32,000 nucleotides of DNA from Formosa sp. Hel1_33_131 (GCF_001735745.1 NZ_CP017260.1:1530001-1562000); one strand, 5' to 3'. Positions 17,684 through 27,622 are shown, numbered from the stretch's first letter. Numbers and translations: made by a program. Notes: generated by a model from the sequence alone, not told the origin.

Positions 17684-20600
17684 TTAGGAAACGACTTTAA
17701 CCTTTTTTGTTTTCAATTTATTAATTAAATAAAATAAGATAGGAACCACGACCAAGGTTAAAAATGTCGCAAACGACAAACCAAAGATAATCGCCCAACC
17801 CATTGGACCCCAGAATGCAACGTTTTCTCCACCAATATAAAAGTTCGGATTCAGTTCGGTGAGTAAAGTTCTAAAGTTAATATTGATCCCAAGTGCGAGT
17901 GGGAGTAATCCTAAAATGGTGGTGATGGCGGTCAGTAAAACAGGTCTTAAACGCGTGCGTCCAGCTTCAACCACACATTCGACAAGAAGGGCGGGTGTTA
18001 GTTTATCCGTTTCTTCTAATTCCAGTTCGCGTCGTTTCCGAATGATGGTGAGGTTGATGTAATCGATTAAAACAATGGCATTATTCACTACAATCCCTGC
18101 GAGTGAAATGATCCCAATCATGGTCATAAGGACTACAAAATCCATTCTAAAAATGAGCAGTCCAAAGAGCACCCCAATCAAACTTAGAAATACAGAGATC
18201 GAAATAATAATAGGGGTTGTGGCAGAATTGAATTGGGCTACTAAGATTAAGAAAATCAACAGCACCGCAATTAAGAGAGCTCTACTAAGGAATGCCATTT
18301 CTTTGGCCTGTTTTTCTTGTTCGCCTGTAAAGCTAATTGATATGTTTTTTGGAGCCTCAAATTTTTCGGCAATGCCTCTAATTTTATCGTTGACTTCTGT
18401 GGGGTTATAATCATTTAAGACATTGGAAAAAATCGTGACGACTCTATCCAAATCAATCCGTTTGATGGCACTAAAGGACGACTGGTTTTCGGTTGTCGCT
18501 ACTGCCGAAATAGGCACTTGTTTTATCTGTCCATCACTTTGATTTCTAAACGTAATTTTTTGATCTAATAAAGCCGATTTGTTGTAGCGCATCTCATCTT
18601 TGAGTCGTAGATTTATAGGATAATCATCCTCTGCATTTTTATAGGTTGATATTTCTTTACCATACAATGCGGTTCGTAAGTTAGCTCCAATTTGACCTGT
18701 TGAAACGCCCAATCGTCTTGCTTTTTGGCGGTCCACAGAAATCAATAATTCTGGTTTTCCCTGATCGATATCTAATTTCAATTCTTCAATACCTGCAATA
18801 TTAGAGTTATTTATAAATGATTTTAGTCGATTTGCAGTTTCCAAAATTAAAACATAATCATCGCCTTTTACTTCAATGTTTATAGGAGCACCGGTTGGGG
18901 GGCCATCCGCTGGCTTGTCCACCACAATACTGACCCCAGGGTAGCCCTGTAGTAAGTTTCGAATGTCTTTAAGAACGGTTTCGGTACCTACGCCTTGACG
19001 GTCTTGATATTTTACAAAATCAACCGTGATTCGAGCTTTGTTAGGCGATTTCCCTCCTTGTTGACCACGAGACGGATCGGCAGTCCCTTCACCGACTTGC
19101 CCAATGACAGAAGTGATGAGAAAGTTTTTGCCATTGACCTCATATTTTTTTAAATACTCTTCTATATCTTTTTCAATTTCCATTGAAATAAGATTTGTTT
19201 CTTCGATGTCCGTCCCAATCGGATATTCAATATAGACAAAGACTTGTTTGGCATCTGTATTTGGAAAAAATAATATTTTTGGTGGGAATGTCGCCATTAA
19301 AAACCCTGCAAGAATTAATAACCCAAACGTTCCAACAATAATGCTTCCAGGTTTTTTCCCTTTTAGTGCGTAGCTCAAAAAGCGTTCATAGAGGTTTTCT
19401 AACTTTGAAATAAAAGTGACTTTAGCTTCTTTTTTAGGAGCTACTTTCATGTACACAGAAATCAGCATTGGATTTATAATGAGGGCAACAAACAAGGAGG
19501 AACTCAATACAATAATCAGCGTAATTGGAAGCCATTTCATAAATTCTCCCATAATGCCTTCCCATAAAATCAAGGGTAAAAAGGCAGCTAAAGTTGTGGC
19601 GGTCGATGCGATAATTGGCATCGCCACTTCTCCAACGCCTAGCTTTGCAGCTTCAACTCTCGGGTAGCCTTCGTCCATCAATCGATACACGTTTTCGACC
19701 ACCACAATTCCGTTATCCACCAACATTCCAAGGGCAATTACTAAAGAAAACAATACCATTGTGTTAAGGGTGACTCCCATAAAACTCAAAATCGTAAACG
19801 ATAAAAACATTGACAAAGGAATCGCAATTCCAACAAACAAAGCATTTCGAAAACCCAAGAAGAAGTAGAGTACTGTAACGACTAAAATAACGCCCAAGAT
19901 GATGCTGTTCTCAAGGTCTGAAACCATGGTGCGGGTATCATTAGATTGGTCGTTTGTTTTCGAGATTATTAAATTTTGAGGAAACACATTTGCTGCGGCA
20001 TCTTCCAGAATAGCATCAATTTTTGTGGACGCTTTAAGAAGGTTTTGCCCCCCTCTTTTCTTAACGTCTAACATTACGACCGGCTGCAGATACTCGCGCG
20101 CAAAACTTTCTTTTTCCTGTTCTTTGAAATCCACATCAGCGATATCTCTCAGATAAACGATGTTTCCTTTTTCTTTTTTGACGATAATATCTCTCACAGC
20201 CAAGGGGTCTTCAAATTCCCCTAAAACACGTACCGTTCTTCGGATGCCATTTTCCAGAATATCTCCTCCAGAAACACTCATATTTTCAAAAGCGACTGCA
20301 TTTTCAATGTCGTTGAAGCTAATTTTAGACGCTTCCATTTTATATAAATCCACCGCAATTTCAAGTTCTTTTTCTTGAACACCGCGAATGTCAACACTCG
20401 AAATTTCAGAAAGTTCCTCTATTTCATCTTCCAAATATTCGGCATATTCTTTAAGTTGGTCCATCGAGAATTCGCCAGACAAATTAATATTCATGATGGG
20501 GATTCGTTCACTAAAATTCATTTCTGAAACACTTGGTTCCGAGGGTAAGTCTTTAGGAAAATCAGGATCAGCCATCGCAACATCGACTTTGTCTTTTACT

Positions 20601-20944
20601 TTTTGAAGTGCTTCAGCAGGCGTAAAATCAAAGCTAAATTCTACCACAATACTGGAATAGCCTTGAATCGAATTCGACGTAATTTTATCAACTCCTGTGA
20701 TGGAATTTATTTCTTTTTCTAAGCGTTTGGTGATTAGTTTCTCAACGTCCAAAGCAGAATTCCCAGGGTAGGGAGTCGCAACGTAAATTTGCGGAATAAT
20801 AATTTCTGGAAAATTTTCACGCGCCATCCCTGTATAAGAAAGTAATCCACTTAATACAATGATAAACGTAATGACAGAAACGGTCATGCGATTTGAAATC
20901 GCCCAGCTTGAAAGTTTAAATTCTTTAATTTTTTTTGTGCTCAT
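17684..20944 (-). CDS. RND efflux pump inner-membrane permease (AcrB/HAE1-like, 1086 aa)
   Basis: Twelve-TM, two-large-loop architecture with typical AcrB-family motifs (GMLVDNGIVVVENV, AGIVVNNAIVLIDY). Adjacent to MFP and TolC-like genes. Confidence 0.93.
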   Translation of the reverse strand: MSTKKIKEFKLSSWAISNRMTVSVITFIIVLSGLLSYTGMARENFPEIIIPQIYVATPYPGNSALDVEKLITKRLEKEINSITGVDKITSNSIQGYSSIVVEFSFDFTPAEALQKVKDKVDVAMADPDFPKDLPSEPSVSEMNFSERIPIMNINLSGEFSMDQLKEYAEYLEDEIEELSEISSVDIRGVQEKELEIAVDLYKMEASKISFNDIENAVAFENMSVSGGDILENGIRRTVRVLGEFEDPLAVRDIIVKKEKGNIVYLRDIADVDFKEQEKESFAREYLQPVVMLDVKKRGGQNLLKASTKIDAILEDAAANVFPQNLIISKTNDQSNDTRTMVSDLENSIILGVILVVTVLYFFLGFRNALFVGIAIPLSMFLSFTILSFMGVTLNTMVLFSLVIALGMLVDNGIVVVENVYRLMDEGYPRVEAAKLGVGEVAMPIIASTATTLAAFLPLILWEGIMGEFMKWLPITLIIVLSSSLFVALIINPMLISVYMKVAPKKEAKVTFISKLENLYERFLSYALKGKKPGSIIVGTFGLLILAGFLMATFPPKILFFPNTDAKQVFVYIEYPIGTDIEETNLISMEIEKDIEEYLKKYEVNGKNFLITSVIGQVGEGTADPSRGQQGGKSPNKARITVDFVKYQDRQGVGTETVLKDIRNLLQGYPGVSIVVDKPADGPPTGAPINIEVKGDDYVLILETANRLKSFINNSNIAGIEELKLDIDQGKPELLISVDRQKARRLGVSTGQIGANLRTALYGKEISTYKNAEDDYPINLRLKDEMRYNKSALLDQKITFRNQSDGQIKQVPISAVATTENQSSFSAIKRIDLDRVVTIFSNVLNDYNPTEVNDKIRGIAEKFEAPKNISISFTGEQEKQAKEMAFLSRALLIAVLLIFLILVAQFNSATTPIIISISVFLSLIGVLFGLLIFRMDFVVLMTMIGIISLAGIVVNNAIVLIDYINLTIIRKRRELELEETDKLTPALLVECVVEAGRTRLRPVLLTAITTILGLLPLALGININFRTLLTELNPNFYIGGENVAFWGPMGWAIIFGLSFATFLTLVVVPILFYLINKLKTKKVKVVS

Positions 20945-20950
20945 AGTTTA

Positions 20951-22108
20951 CTAGTGTACAAGTTTTACATCTTCATTATTATTCACAAGTCGTGCGCCTT
21001 TATCAACTAACATTGAGTTTTCAGAAAGCCCTTCAGAAATGAACGAAAGATTATCGTAACTCATCGCTTCAGTTACATAGGTTTTTACAACGCTGTGATT
21101 GTTTTCTTGTGGTTCAATGGTATAAACAAAAGTTTTGTCATTACGGTCTTTTTGAACCAACCGCGATGGAATGACAATCCCATTGGCTTTAAAATCGTTT
21201 ATTTTAATGTCCGCAAGCAAGTTTGCTTTTAACTCATTGTTGGGGTTTTTTAGATCGATACGGGTTTTAAAACTTCTATTATTTGGATTGATAAAGTTTC
21301 CAACTTGAGAAATGGAGGCTTCAACCGAGGTTCCAATAGAACTAAAATAGAGTAAAACTTCGGTATCTTTTTTGATCGATTTCAAATAGGTTTCAGTGAT
21401 TTCGCTCTCCACATACACGTTGCTTAGATTCACAAGTCTTAAGAATGGCATTTGCGGTGAGGTCATCTCTCCAGTTTTTGCGAAAATCTGATCAATAATC
21501 CCTGAAAATGGGGCGATTACTTTCATTTTCCGTGCTTGTGCTCTCAAACTTTTCATACTGTTTTCAAGACCGTCTTTTTGTGCTTTTGCTTGCAGGTATT
21601 GAATTTCACTTCCAATATTTTGTTCCCAAAGTCTGGCTTGACGTTCAAAGGTCGTTGTTGCCAAAGCGAGTTGGGTGTTTAGTTGTAAAACAGAATTGTC
21701 GATGACGTCGCTGTCCAAAGTTGCTAAAATTTGTCCTTTTGAAACGTTTTGACCTTCTTTTGTCAAAATAGCCGTTACGGTGCCGCCCATTTCTGCATGA
21801 AGCTCAATAGTTTGATCCGCTTTGACCGTTCCTTGTACTTCTATGTAATGATTGAAATCCTTGACTTCTGCTTTATAAGAAGTCACGGTCATTAGTTTTT
21901 TCAGGGTATCTAATTCTGAAATAGCCATCTCAACATCTTTCAGTTCTGTACCGATTCGATCCATCTGTTCTATAAGAGCTGTCTTTTTTGCTTTTAGGTC
22001 TGTCAGGGATTGAGATTCTTTAACCGCCGTGTCACAGGATAGTACAAGGGTTAAAGTAAACAGTAAAAATAGATGTTTCATCGGAGTAATATTATGGTGG
22101 TGTTTCAT
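20951..22108 (-). CDS. RND efflux periplasmic adaptor (membrane fusion protein, HlyD/AcrA family)
   Basis: Lipoprotein signal (MKHLFLLFTLTLVLSC), coiled-coil hairpin region, beta-barrel domain. An alternative start at 22081 (MKHLF...) is equally plausible. Confidence 0.88.
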   Translation of the reverse strand: MKHHHNITPMKHLFLLFTLTLVLSCDTAVKESQSLTDLKAKKTALIEQMDRIGTELKDVEMAISELDTLKKLMTVTSYKAEVKDFNHYIEVQGTVKADQTIELHAEMGGTVTAILTKEGQNVSKGQILATLDSDVIDNSVLQLNTQLALATTTFERQARLWEQNIGSEIQYLQAKAQKDGLENSMKSLRAQARKMKVIAPFSGIIDQIFAKTGEMTSPQMPFLRLVNLSNVYVESEITETYLKSIKKDTEVLLYFSSIGTSVEASISQVGNFINPNNRSFKTRIDLKNPNNELKANLLADIKINDFKANGIVIPSRLVQKDRNDKTFVYTIEPQENNHSVVKTYVTEAMSYDNLSFISEGLSENSMLVDKGARLVNNNEDVKLVH

Positions 22109-22112
22109 TTGT

Positions 22113-23453
22113 TTAGTTTTTAAGAGGTGGGTTAATGAGCGCTTCTAAATCAATTCTTTTAATGAGAATGTTGAGCATTGATTGCAAATAGTCTTGCTGA
22201 GCAGTATATAATTGGCGTTGTGCTTGAGACAAATCAAAACTAGTGGTCAGTCCTTCAAAAAATTTAATTTCATTTTTTTGAGCGATATTTTCTGAAAGTT
22301 TAAGGGCTTCTTTTTTGATGACCAGATTTTCTACTGCAAACTCATAATCACTTCTTGCTCGTGAGATTTCTAACTTAATTTTATCTGAAGTATCTTTTAA
22401 TAATGATTTAGATTTCTCTAAATTGAGGCGTGCTTTTTTTGTAGAAGCACTGCGTCCAAAAGAACTGAAAATAGGAACTTTCATAGTGACGCCAAACAGA
22501 GAGGCACCAAACCAGTTTTGAGAATCATCTAAAAAATTAAATTGCTCACTGTTTCCAGAATAGCTGCCGTTCAAAAATGCTTCTATAGTGGGTAAAGCTT
22601 TGCTTTTTTCTAATTTCAGTAAGAGTTCTTTACCTTGTAAATCATTAAAAGCAATTTTATAATCCACAACATTTTCTGCCTCAAGAATAGATTCTAAGGG
22701 AGCGAGTGAGGTGTATATCGCAATCAGTCTATCAAGGTCGTCCGTGAGTTCGATCGGGGTATTTAGCTCTAAGCCAAGGGCATTATTGAACAGTTGATAC
22801 GCTATTGTTTTTAAGCGTTTGACGTAGCTTTGATTGCTTTTCAAACTTGACAAAGTCAGTTGTAGTTGTTGAACACTTTCCTCTTCAATTAAGCCATTTT
22901 CGTACACTTTGGTAAGGTCTCTCACGTTGTTTTCTAACAATGTGATGTTTGAATTTACAATTTTTAAATTTTCTTCAGAGAGTAATACATTTCCATAGGC
23001 ATAAGCGACCATTTTACGAAGCTCGATTTCTGTTTTTTCTTTGGCATTTTCTGAAATTTCGAGATATACTTTAGCAGCTTGAAGACCTACTAGATAGGAG
23101 CCGTCAAATATTTTTTGCGTAATGGTGACGGTTCCGTTCATCGTTTGTTTGGTTCCAAAAGCAATTTCGGCAAACTGCCCTGGAGCTCCACCAAAAAATT
23201 CTGCTGGGATCAACGAAATTTGTTGTTTTAACCAGTTATTGTAGGAAATAGCTGCTTTGATTTGTGGCAATCCTGTGGACGTTGTTTCCCATTTTTGGAG
23301 TTTTGCAATCTCTACATCACGAGTGGCATTTTTGCTTATAGAATTATTCTCAAGAGCAAAATCAACGGCTTCTTTTAATGAAAACCGAGAGATTTCTTGC
23401 TGAGAAAACACCGAAGTAGAGATTAATAAAAAGAGCGTAAGTTTATGAAGCAT
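22113..23453 (-). CDS. TolC-family outer-membrane efflux protein
   Basis: Signal peptide, two tandem OEP-type repeats rich in coiled-coil heptads, 446 aa. Operon position matches. Confidence 0.85.
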   Translation of the reverse strand: MLHKLTLFLLISTSVFSQQEISRFSLKEAVDFALENNSISKNATRDVEIAKLQKWETTSTGLPQIKAAISYNNWLKQQISLIPAEFFGGAPGQFAEIAFGTKQTMNGTVTITQKIFDGSYLVGLQAAKVYLEISENAKEKTEIELRKMVAYAYGNVLLSEENLKIVNSNITLLENNVRDLTKVYENGLIEEESVQQLQLTLSSLKSNQSYVKRLKTIAYQLFNNALGLELNTPIELTDDLDRLIAIYTSLAPLESILEAENVVDYKIAFNDLQGKELLLKLEKSKALPTIEAFLNGSYSGNSEQFNFLDDSQNWFGASLFGVTMKVPIFSSFGRSASTKKARLNLEKSKSLLKDTSDKIKLEISRARSDYEFAVENLVIKKEALKLSENIAQKNEIKFFEGLTTSFDLSQAQRQLYTAQQDYLQSMLNILIKRIDLEALINPPLKN

Positions 23454-24060
23454 TAGATGATAAGTTTGATTTTGTAAAATTGTTAAGCAGGTTTAGACCT
23501 TTTAGGGTTGTAATAGCTCTCAAGTGGTATTCGAGGTAACTTTCAAAAAGATAATTTTTGTCGAAATCAGATTCTGGAAAAACACTAATATCACGAATTG
23601 CAGTCACCCCATTAAAATATAACCTTGATATAAAATTAACATCAATATCAGGTCTAAACAATCCAGTATTCATTCCCATTTTTAAACTGTTTTCAAAGGA
23701 AGAGTGCATTTTTTCAAATTGTTTGATTTGTAAGCGCTCATAAATTTGTGGATAATATTTTTTAAGCTGATGTTGTGGTGAGACCTTTACACTTTTTAAG
23801 TAATTAATCACAAACATTTTAATGTCATACAGTTCTTCAATAGGGTTGATGGACGCTGCGTTTATCCTATCGATTCCTTCCGAAATATGATCGAGGACAG
23901 AAAAAGTGACCACCTCTACAAGCTCTGTTTTATTTGAAAAATGAGCGTAAATGGTTTTCTTCGAAATCCCCATAGCATTTGCGATGTCATCCATTGTGAC
24001 ACTCTTAAATCCTAAAGAGAAGAATAATTCTTCTGATTTTGATATAATTTTCTCTTTCAT
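23443..24060 (-). CDS. TetR/AcrR-family transcriptional regulator (first gene of the efflux operon)
   Basis: N-terminal HTH (FKSVTMDDIANAMGISKKTIYAHFSNKTELV). I prefer the ATG at 24060 (MKEKII...) over the ORF-track start at 24099. Its stop overlaps the TolC-like start by 11 nt. Confidence 0.85.
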   Translation of the reverse strand: MKEKIISKSEELFFSLGFKSVTMDDIANAMGISKKTIYAHFSNKTELVEVVTFSVLDHISEGIDRINAASINPIEELYDIKMFVINYLKSVKVSPQHQLKKYYPQIYERLQIKQFEKMHSSFENSLKMGMNTGLFRPDIDVNFISRLYFNGVTAIRDISVFPESDFDKNYLFESYLEYHLRAITTLKGLNLLNNFTKSNLSSNAS

Positions 24061-24069
24061 AGTGAGCTG

Positions 24070-24077
24070 CAAATTTA
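24070..24077 (-). promoter_or_regulatory. -7 promoter box (TAAATTTG on the minus strand) of the TetR-efflux operon, with a -33 TTG 19 nt upstream (24097-24099)
   Basis: The minus strand reads TTG-N19-TAAATTTG-N9-ATG, which fits the Bacteroidota -33/-7 geometry. Confidence 0.5.
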
Positions 24078-24082
24078 CAACA

Positions 24083-24110
24083 GGAAACTTAAAAAACAAT
24101 TAAAGTTTCC
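24083..24110. promoter_or_regulatory. Candidate TetR operator: inverted repeat GGAAACTT-N12-AAGTTTCC overlapping the -33/-7 spacer
   Basis: Perfect 8-bp arms at 24083-24090 and 24103-24110. The putative -33 TTG lies in the spacer between them. Confidence 0.35.
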
Positions 24111-24173
24111 AAAGTTTTACAATTTTTTAACATTTATTAGTTTCGCTTTGTAACATAGTTTTAGGAATTCACT

Positions 24174-24181
24174 TATTTTTG
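24174..24181 (+). promoter_or_regulatory. -7 promoter box (TATTTTTG), 4 nt upstream of the polyprenyl synthase ATG
   Basis: The plus strand reads TATTTTTG-TCTC-ATG, an exact TAnnTTTG match. Confidence 0.5.
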
Positions 24182-24185
24182 TCTC

Positions 24186-25160
24186 ATGAAAGCCATTGAA
24201 ACGTACCAAAAACAATTTATAGAATATCTAAAGGATTACAAAACAACACGGGAGCCTAAAAACCTTTACGAACCTATTGAGTACATATTGAATTTAGGAG
24301 GAAAGCGCTTACGACCTGTATTGACCCTTATGACTGCGGATTGTTTTGAAGGGGATGTAAACAACGCACTAGACGCTGCTTTGGCAGTGGAAGTTTTTCA
24401 TAATTTCTCACTTATTCACGATGACATTATGGACGCTGCACCCTTGCGACGTGGCCATGAAACTGTGCATGAAAAATGGGATTTAAATACAGGGATTCTT
24501 TCTGGTGATGCGATGTTGATTATGGCATATCAACTGTTTGAGAATTACCCACCAGACGTCTTCCAAAAACTTGCCATACTCTTTAGTAAAACCGCCTTAG
24601 AAGTTTGTGAAGGTCAACAATACGATATTGATTTTGAAACACGCGATGCAGTTTCAATTGCGGAGTATCTAAAAATGATTGAGTACAAAACAGCGGTCTT
24701 GGTTGGAGCTGCCATGAAAATGGGGGCTATAATTGTCAATGCATCTGAAGCAGATCAAAATCGTTGTTATGAATTTGGAAGAAATTTAGGAATTGCTTTT
24801 CAATTACAAGACGATTATTTAGACGCTTTTGGAAACCCTGAAACGTTTGGAAAACAAGTGGGAGGTGATATTATTGAGAATAAAAAAACCTATTTATATT
24901 TAAAGGCTTTGGAGTTTTCCTCTGAAAAGGATCAGCAACAATTGAAACAATTATTTAGTACAGAAGGCAACGATACAAAAGACAAAGTAGAGATTGTAAA
25001 GCAAATCTTTACAGCCTCAGGTTCTTCAGAGGCTACCAAAAAGGCGATTCAACACTATACCTCAAAAGCATTTTCTGTCTTGGAATTATTAACGATTTCA
25101 GAAGATAAAAAGCAGTTGCTAAAAACATTTGGGACCAGCCTTATGGACAGAACCGTGTAA
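24186..25160 (+). CDS. Polyprenyl diphosphate synthase (trans-isoprenyl diphosphate synthase family)
   Basis: First and second aspartate-rich motifs (LIHDDIMD and FQLQDDYLD) and GKRLRP. 324 aa. Chain-length specificity cannot be read from the sequence. Confidence 0.9.
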   Translation: MKAIETYQKQFIEYLKDYKTTREPKNLYEPIEYILNLGGKRLRPVLTLMTADCFEGDVNNALDAALAVEVFHNFSLIHDDIMDAAPLRRGHETVHEKWDLNTGILSGDAMLIMAYQLFENYPPDVFQKLAILFSKTALEVCEGQQYDIDFETRDAVSIAEYLKMIEYKTAVLVGAAMKMGAIIVNASEADQNRCYEFGRNLGIAFQLQDDYLDAFGNPETFGKQVGGDIIENKKTYLYLKALEFSSEKDQQQLKQLFSTEGNDTKDKVEIVKQIFTASGSSEATKKAIQHYTSKAFSVLELLTISEDKKQLLKTFGTSLMDRTV

Positions 25161-25507
25161 TGAATTTACCCTCTAATTTTGAAGATTTAATTGCCGAAGT
25201 AAATCAGTTAGATTTATACAAAAAATTAGTTCTTCAACTTAATAAAGATTTTTTACGCGCCAATGTGGACTTAAATTTCCATGAAGAAGTATTGCCAACA
25301 AGCTTGAAATTAGTGCTTTACGAAACGGTATATACGCTGATCCAAGAAAAATTTGCGGACTACTTAAACTTACTTTATTTAATTGATGTCTCAGAAAAAC
25401 AAGTAAAAGCTCTGGATGGGAGTGATCCTCTGCAACTAGCCGAAGCCGTGTCTTTTCTTATTTTAAAACGCGAGTGGCAAAAAGTTTGGTTTAGGAATAA
25501 ATATTAA
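25160..25507 (+). CDS. Conserved hypothetical protein (115 aa), start overlaps the upstream stop (TAATG)
   Basis: ORF track. There is a 1-nt stop/start overlap at 25158-25162, and a strong terminator follows. No domain recognised. Confidence 0.55.
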   Translation: MNLPSNFEDLIAEVNQLDLYKKLVLQLNKDFLRANVDLNFHEEVLPTSLKLVLYETVYTLIQEKFADYLNLLYLIDVSEKQVKALDGSDPLQLAEAVSFLILKREWQKVWFRNKY

Positions 25508-25511
25508 ATCG

Positions 25512-25549
25512 AAAGTTGGTTTTTAAGGAGATACCTAAAAACCAACTTT
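25512..25549. terminator. Strong bidirectional hairpin terminator between convergent units
   Basis: Perfect 14-bp stem AAAGTTGGTTTTTA (25512-25525) / TAAAAACCAACTTT (25536-25549) with a 10-nt loop AGGAGATACC. It sits between stops at 25507 (+) and 25568 (-). Confidence 0.8.
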
Positions 25550-25567
25550 TGAATTAGTCAGCAATTT

Positions 25568-26827
25568 TTAATTTGCCTTATGAGAAAACAGGCTTGGTTT
25601 AAATGTAATCATCACCCATGCCCAAGAATTGTTTTTATCTTTATCGCCCCCTTTTAAAAGTTCTAGCGTTTTTGTTGCAAACATTTTTGAATAGCCTGCA
25701 TTCAGGTTGATATCTTTAGCCACTTTATAGCCAATCGTAAAATCGATCTCTGTTCCTAGACTCGCATCCATTTTGGTTGTGCCATCAAATACGTCCGCTG
25801 CCGCTGAAAATAAATGAGGCATTAATTTTGCAGAAAATTTATTTTTAGAATAGCCTAGTGTCATATTGATGTCTGTCAATCCAACACTATTTGCGTGGTT
25901 GCCCACATAAAAATAATCCATAAAACCATTAAACTTGTGGTTCGTGCCAAACAAGGGAGCAAACGATTTTATGTCTGTACTGCTCGCATTAGAATTAGTT
26001 CCAGAAAGCTGTTCTATGCCCAAACCTAACGACCACTCTTTTGAAACCTTATACCCAATGTTTCCAGCAAAATAAGAGGCTTTAACCTTTGCGTTTTTTG
26101 ATTTTCCAGTTTGGAAATAGGCAGCAGCATTGGCATTAAAGTTACCCGATTTATAAGTAAGTCTCGGGCCAATAGTTTGCATATAATCGATGGTTTGGTT
26201 GTCGTTCACATCTAAATATTCAATACCGGTATTTAGCAACAAAAAACTCACCCCAAGGGTGTTGAAATCTCCGTGGTACCAAGCATACTGTAAGGATTTA
26301 TAGCCTGCAGCGTTGCTGTATAAATTATCTATATTAGATTGCGAATCGGCATTTAATGCAACTCCAATGTCTAATTTGTTGTTGGCATTTGGGGTGTATT
26401 TAAACAGCAGTGCATCGTGACTTCTTGCTTGTTGTGCCCAGCCGACGCTCCCAAAAATTCGTTGATCGTCATAATTTATTTCTTGACGCCCTAACTTAAA
26501 GGAAGTTTTGGTGTTAATAATCGCTTCTGCCCAAGCTTCGTGCAAAGAGGATGTTTTATCGTCGCTTGATAAGGTGCCAACATCCCCCCAAACTCTTACA
26601 TTTTGCATCACAATTTTTAATTTTAATCTTTCATTTTTAAATCCAAAATTTAGACGTGTTCGTTGGGATACAAAGTTTGAACCCTCTGAGATTGTATCTA
26701 ATAATGATTTAAAACCATGTCTGTTTTCGTAACGCGGTCTTAACTCTGCGGATAAGTCAAACTGTTGTCCAAAAGCAATAAATACGATTAGTGAGGCAAT
26801 GACCGAAGTAAATAAGTTTTTTTTCAT
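25568..26827 (-). CDS. Outer-membrane beta-barrel protein, alginate-export (AlgE-like) family, last gene of the nirK module
   Basis: Signal peptide MKKNLFTSVIASLIVFIAFGQ. Family-typical N-terminal pattern (ELRPRYENRHGF, SQRTRLNFGF, MQNVRVWGD, LHEAWAE, KLGRQEINYDDQRIFGSVGWAQQARSHDALLF). Alternating beta-strand pattern throughout. The family call is from memory of the Alginate_exp profile, not a search. Confidence 0.7.
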   Translation of the reverse strand: MKKNLFTSVIASLIVFIAFGQQFDLSAELRPRYENRHGFKSLLDTISEGSNFVSQRTRLNFGFKNERLKLKIVMQNVRVWGDVGTLSSDDKTSSLHEAWAEAIINTKTSFKLGRQEINYDDQRIFGSVGWAQQARSHDALLFKYTPNANNKLDIGVALNADSQSNIDNLYSNAAGYKSLQYAWYHGDFNTLGVSFLLLNTGIEYLDVNDNQTIDYMQTIGPRLTYKSGNFNANAAAYFQTGKSKNAKVKASYFAGNIGYKVSKEWSLGLGIEQLSGTNSNASSTDIKSFAPLFGTNHKFNGFMDYFYVGNHANSVGLTDINMTLGYSKNKFSAKLMPHLFSAAADVFDGTTKMDASLGTEIDFTIGYKVAKDINLNAGYSKMFATKTLELLKGGDKDKNNSWAWVMITFKPSLFSHKAN

Positions 26828-26890
26828 TTTTAATCTTTTTTATAATACCCGTTTCTTTTTATTTTTTTGAGTTGAGGGATGATTTAGTAT

Positions 26891-27616
26891 TTAATTTTTA
26901 GTTGTTAGTTCAAGAATAGTTTGAATGGTTTCTTTATTATCAACGCCCAAACCTTCTTGTTGATGGATTAATTCACCGCCCCTATTAAACACACTGATAA
27001 TGTTTGAATGTGAGAAATCTAGAGGTGAAATTTGCTTGTATTTTACGGCTAAAACATTTGCAAATTCCCTTACACTACTTTCTGTTCCTTGTAAAAACAC
27101 CCATTGGTCTTCATCCATTTTGTTTTCTAGTGCAAACGCTTTTAAACGTTCTGGAGTGTCATTTTTTGGATCGATACTGACCAACACAAAACGAATATTT
27201 TCTAAGTTAGGTTTCGGAATTTGAGCTTCAATATTTCGCATATCTGCAACCAAGCGTGGACAGGCCGCTTTGCATGTTGTATAGATCATCACCATGACCA
27301 AAGTCTTTCCTTTTAAATCTTCAAGTTGGATGGTTTCACCCTCTTCGGTATTCCAAAGGCTAGTTAAATGAAAAATTGATTCATCTGAAATCTCACCTTC
27401 CTTTAAACGTTTTGAAGCCTCCTGAGTTTGGGCGATTAAATCCATTTTACAAACCGGACAACTCCCAGATTCTTTATAGGTTTTATCGGCCTCACATTTC
27501 ATAGGACAGTCATACGTGGTCAATTCGTTAGAAGCGGTATTCGCCTTGTTGTTTTTACACGATGCAAATGACAGCATGGCTATTAATACTATGAATATTG
27601 ATTTTAAATTTTTCAT
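26891..27616 (-). CDS. SCO1/SenC-family copper chaperone lipoprotein with an N-terminal Cys-rich heavy-metal-binding extension
   Basis: Lipobox MLSFASC. Extension YDCPMKCEADKTYKESGSCPVCKMDL (CPM...CPxCxMxL type). Thioredoxin-fold SCO motif YTTCKAACP and a downstream conserved His (FSHSN). Confidence 0.82.
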   Translation of the reverse strand: MKNLKSIFIVLIAMLSFASCKNNKANTASNELTTYDCPMKCEADKTYKESGSCPVCKMDLIAQTQEASKRLKEGEISDESIFHLTSLWNTEEGETIQLEDLKGKTLVMVMIYTTCKAACPRLVADMRNIEAQIPKPNLENIRFVLVSIDPKNDTPERLKAFALENKMDEDQWVFLQGTESSVREFANVLAVKYKQISPLDFSHSNIISVFNRGGELIHQQEGLGVDNKETIQTILELTTKN

Positions 27617-27622
27617 ATCGTT

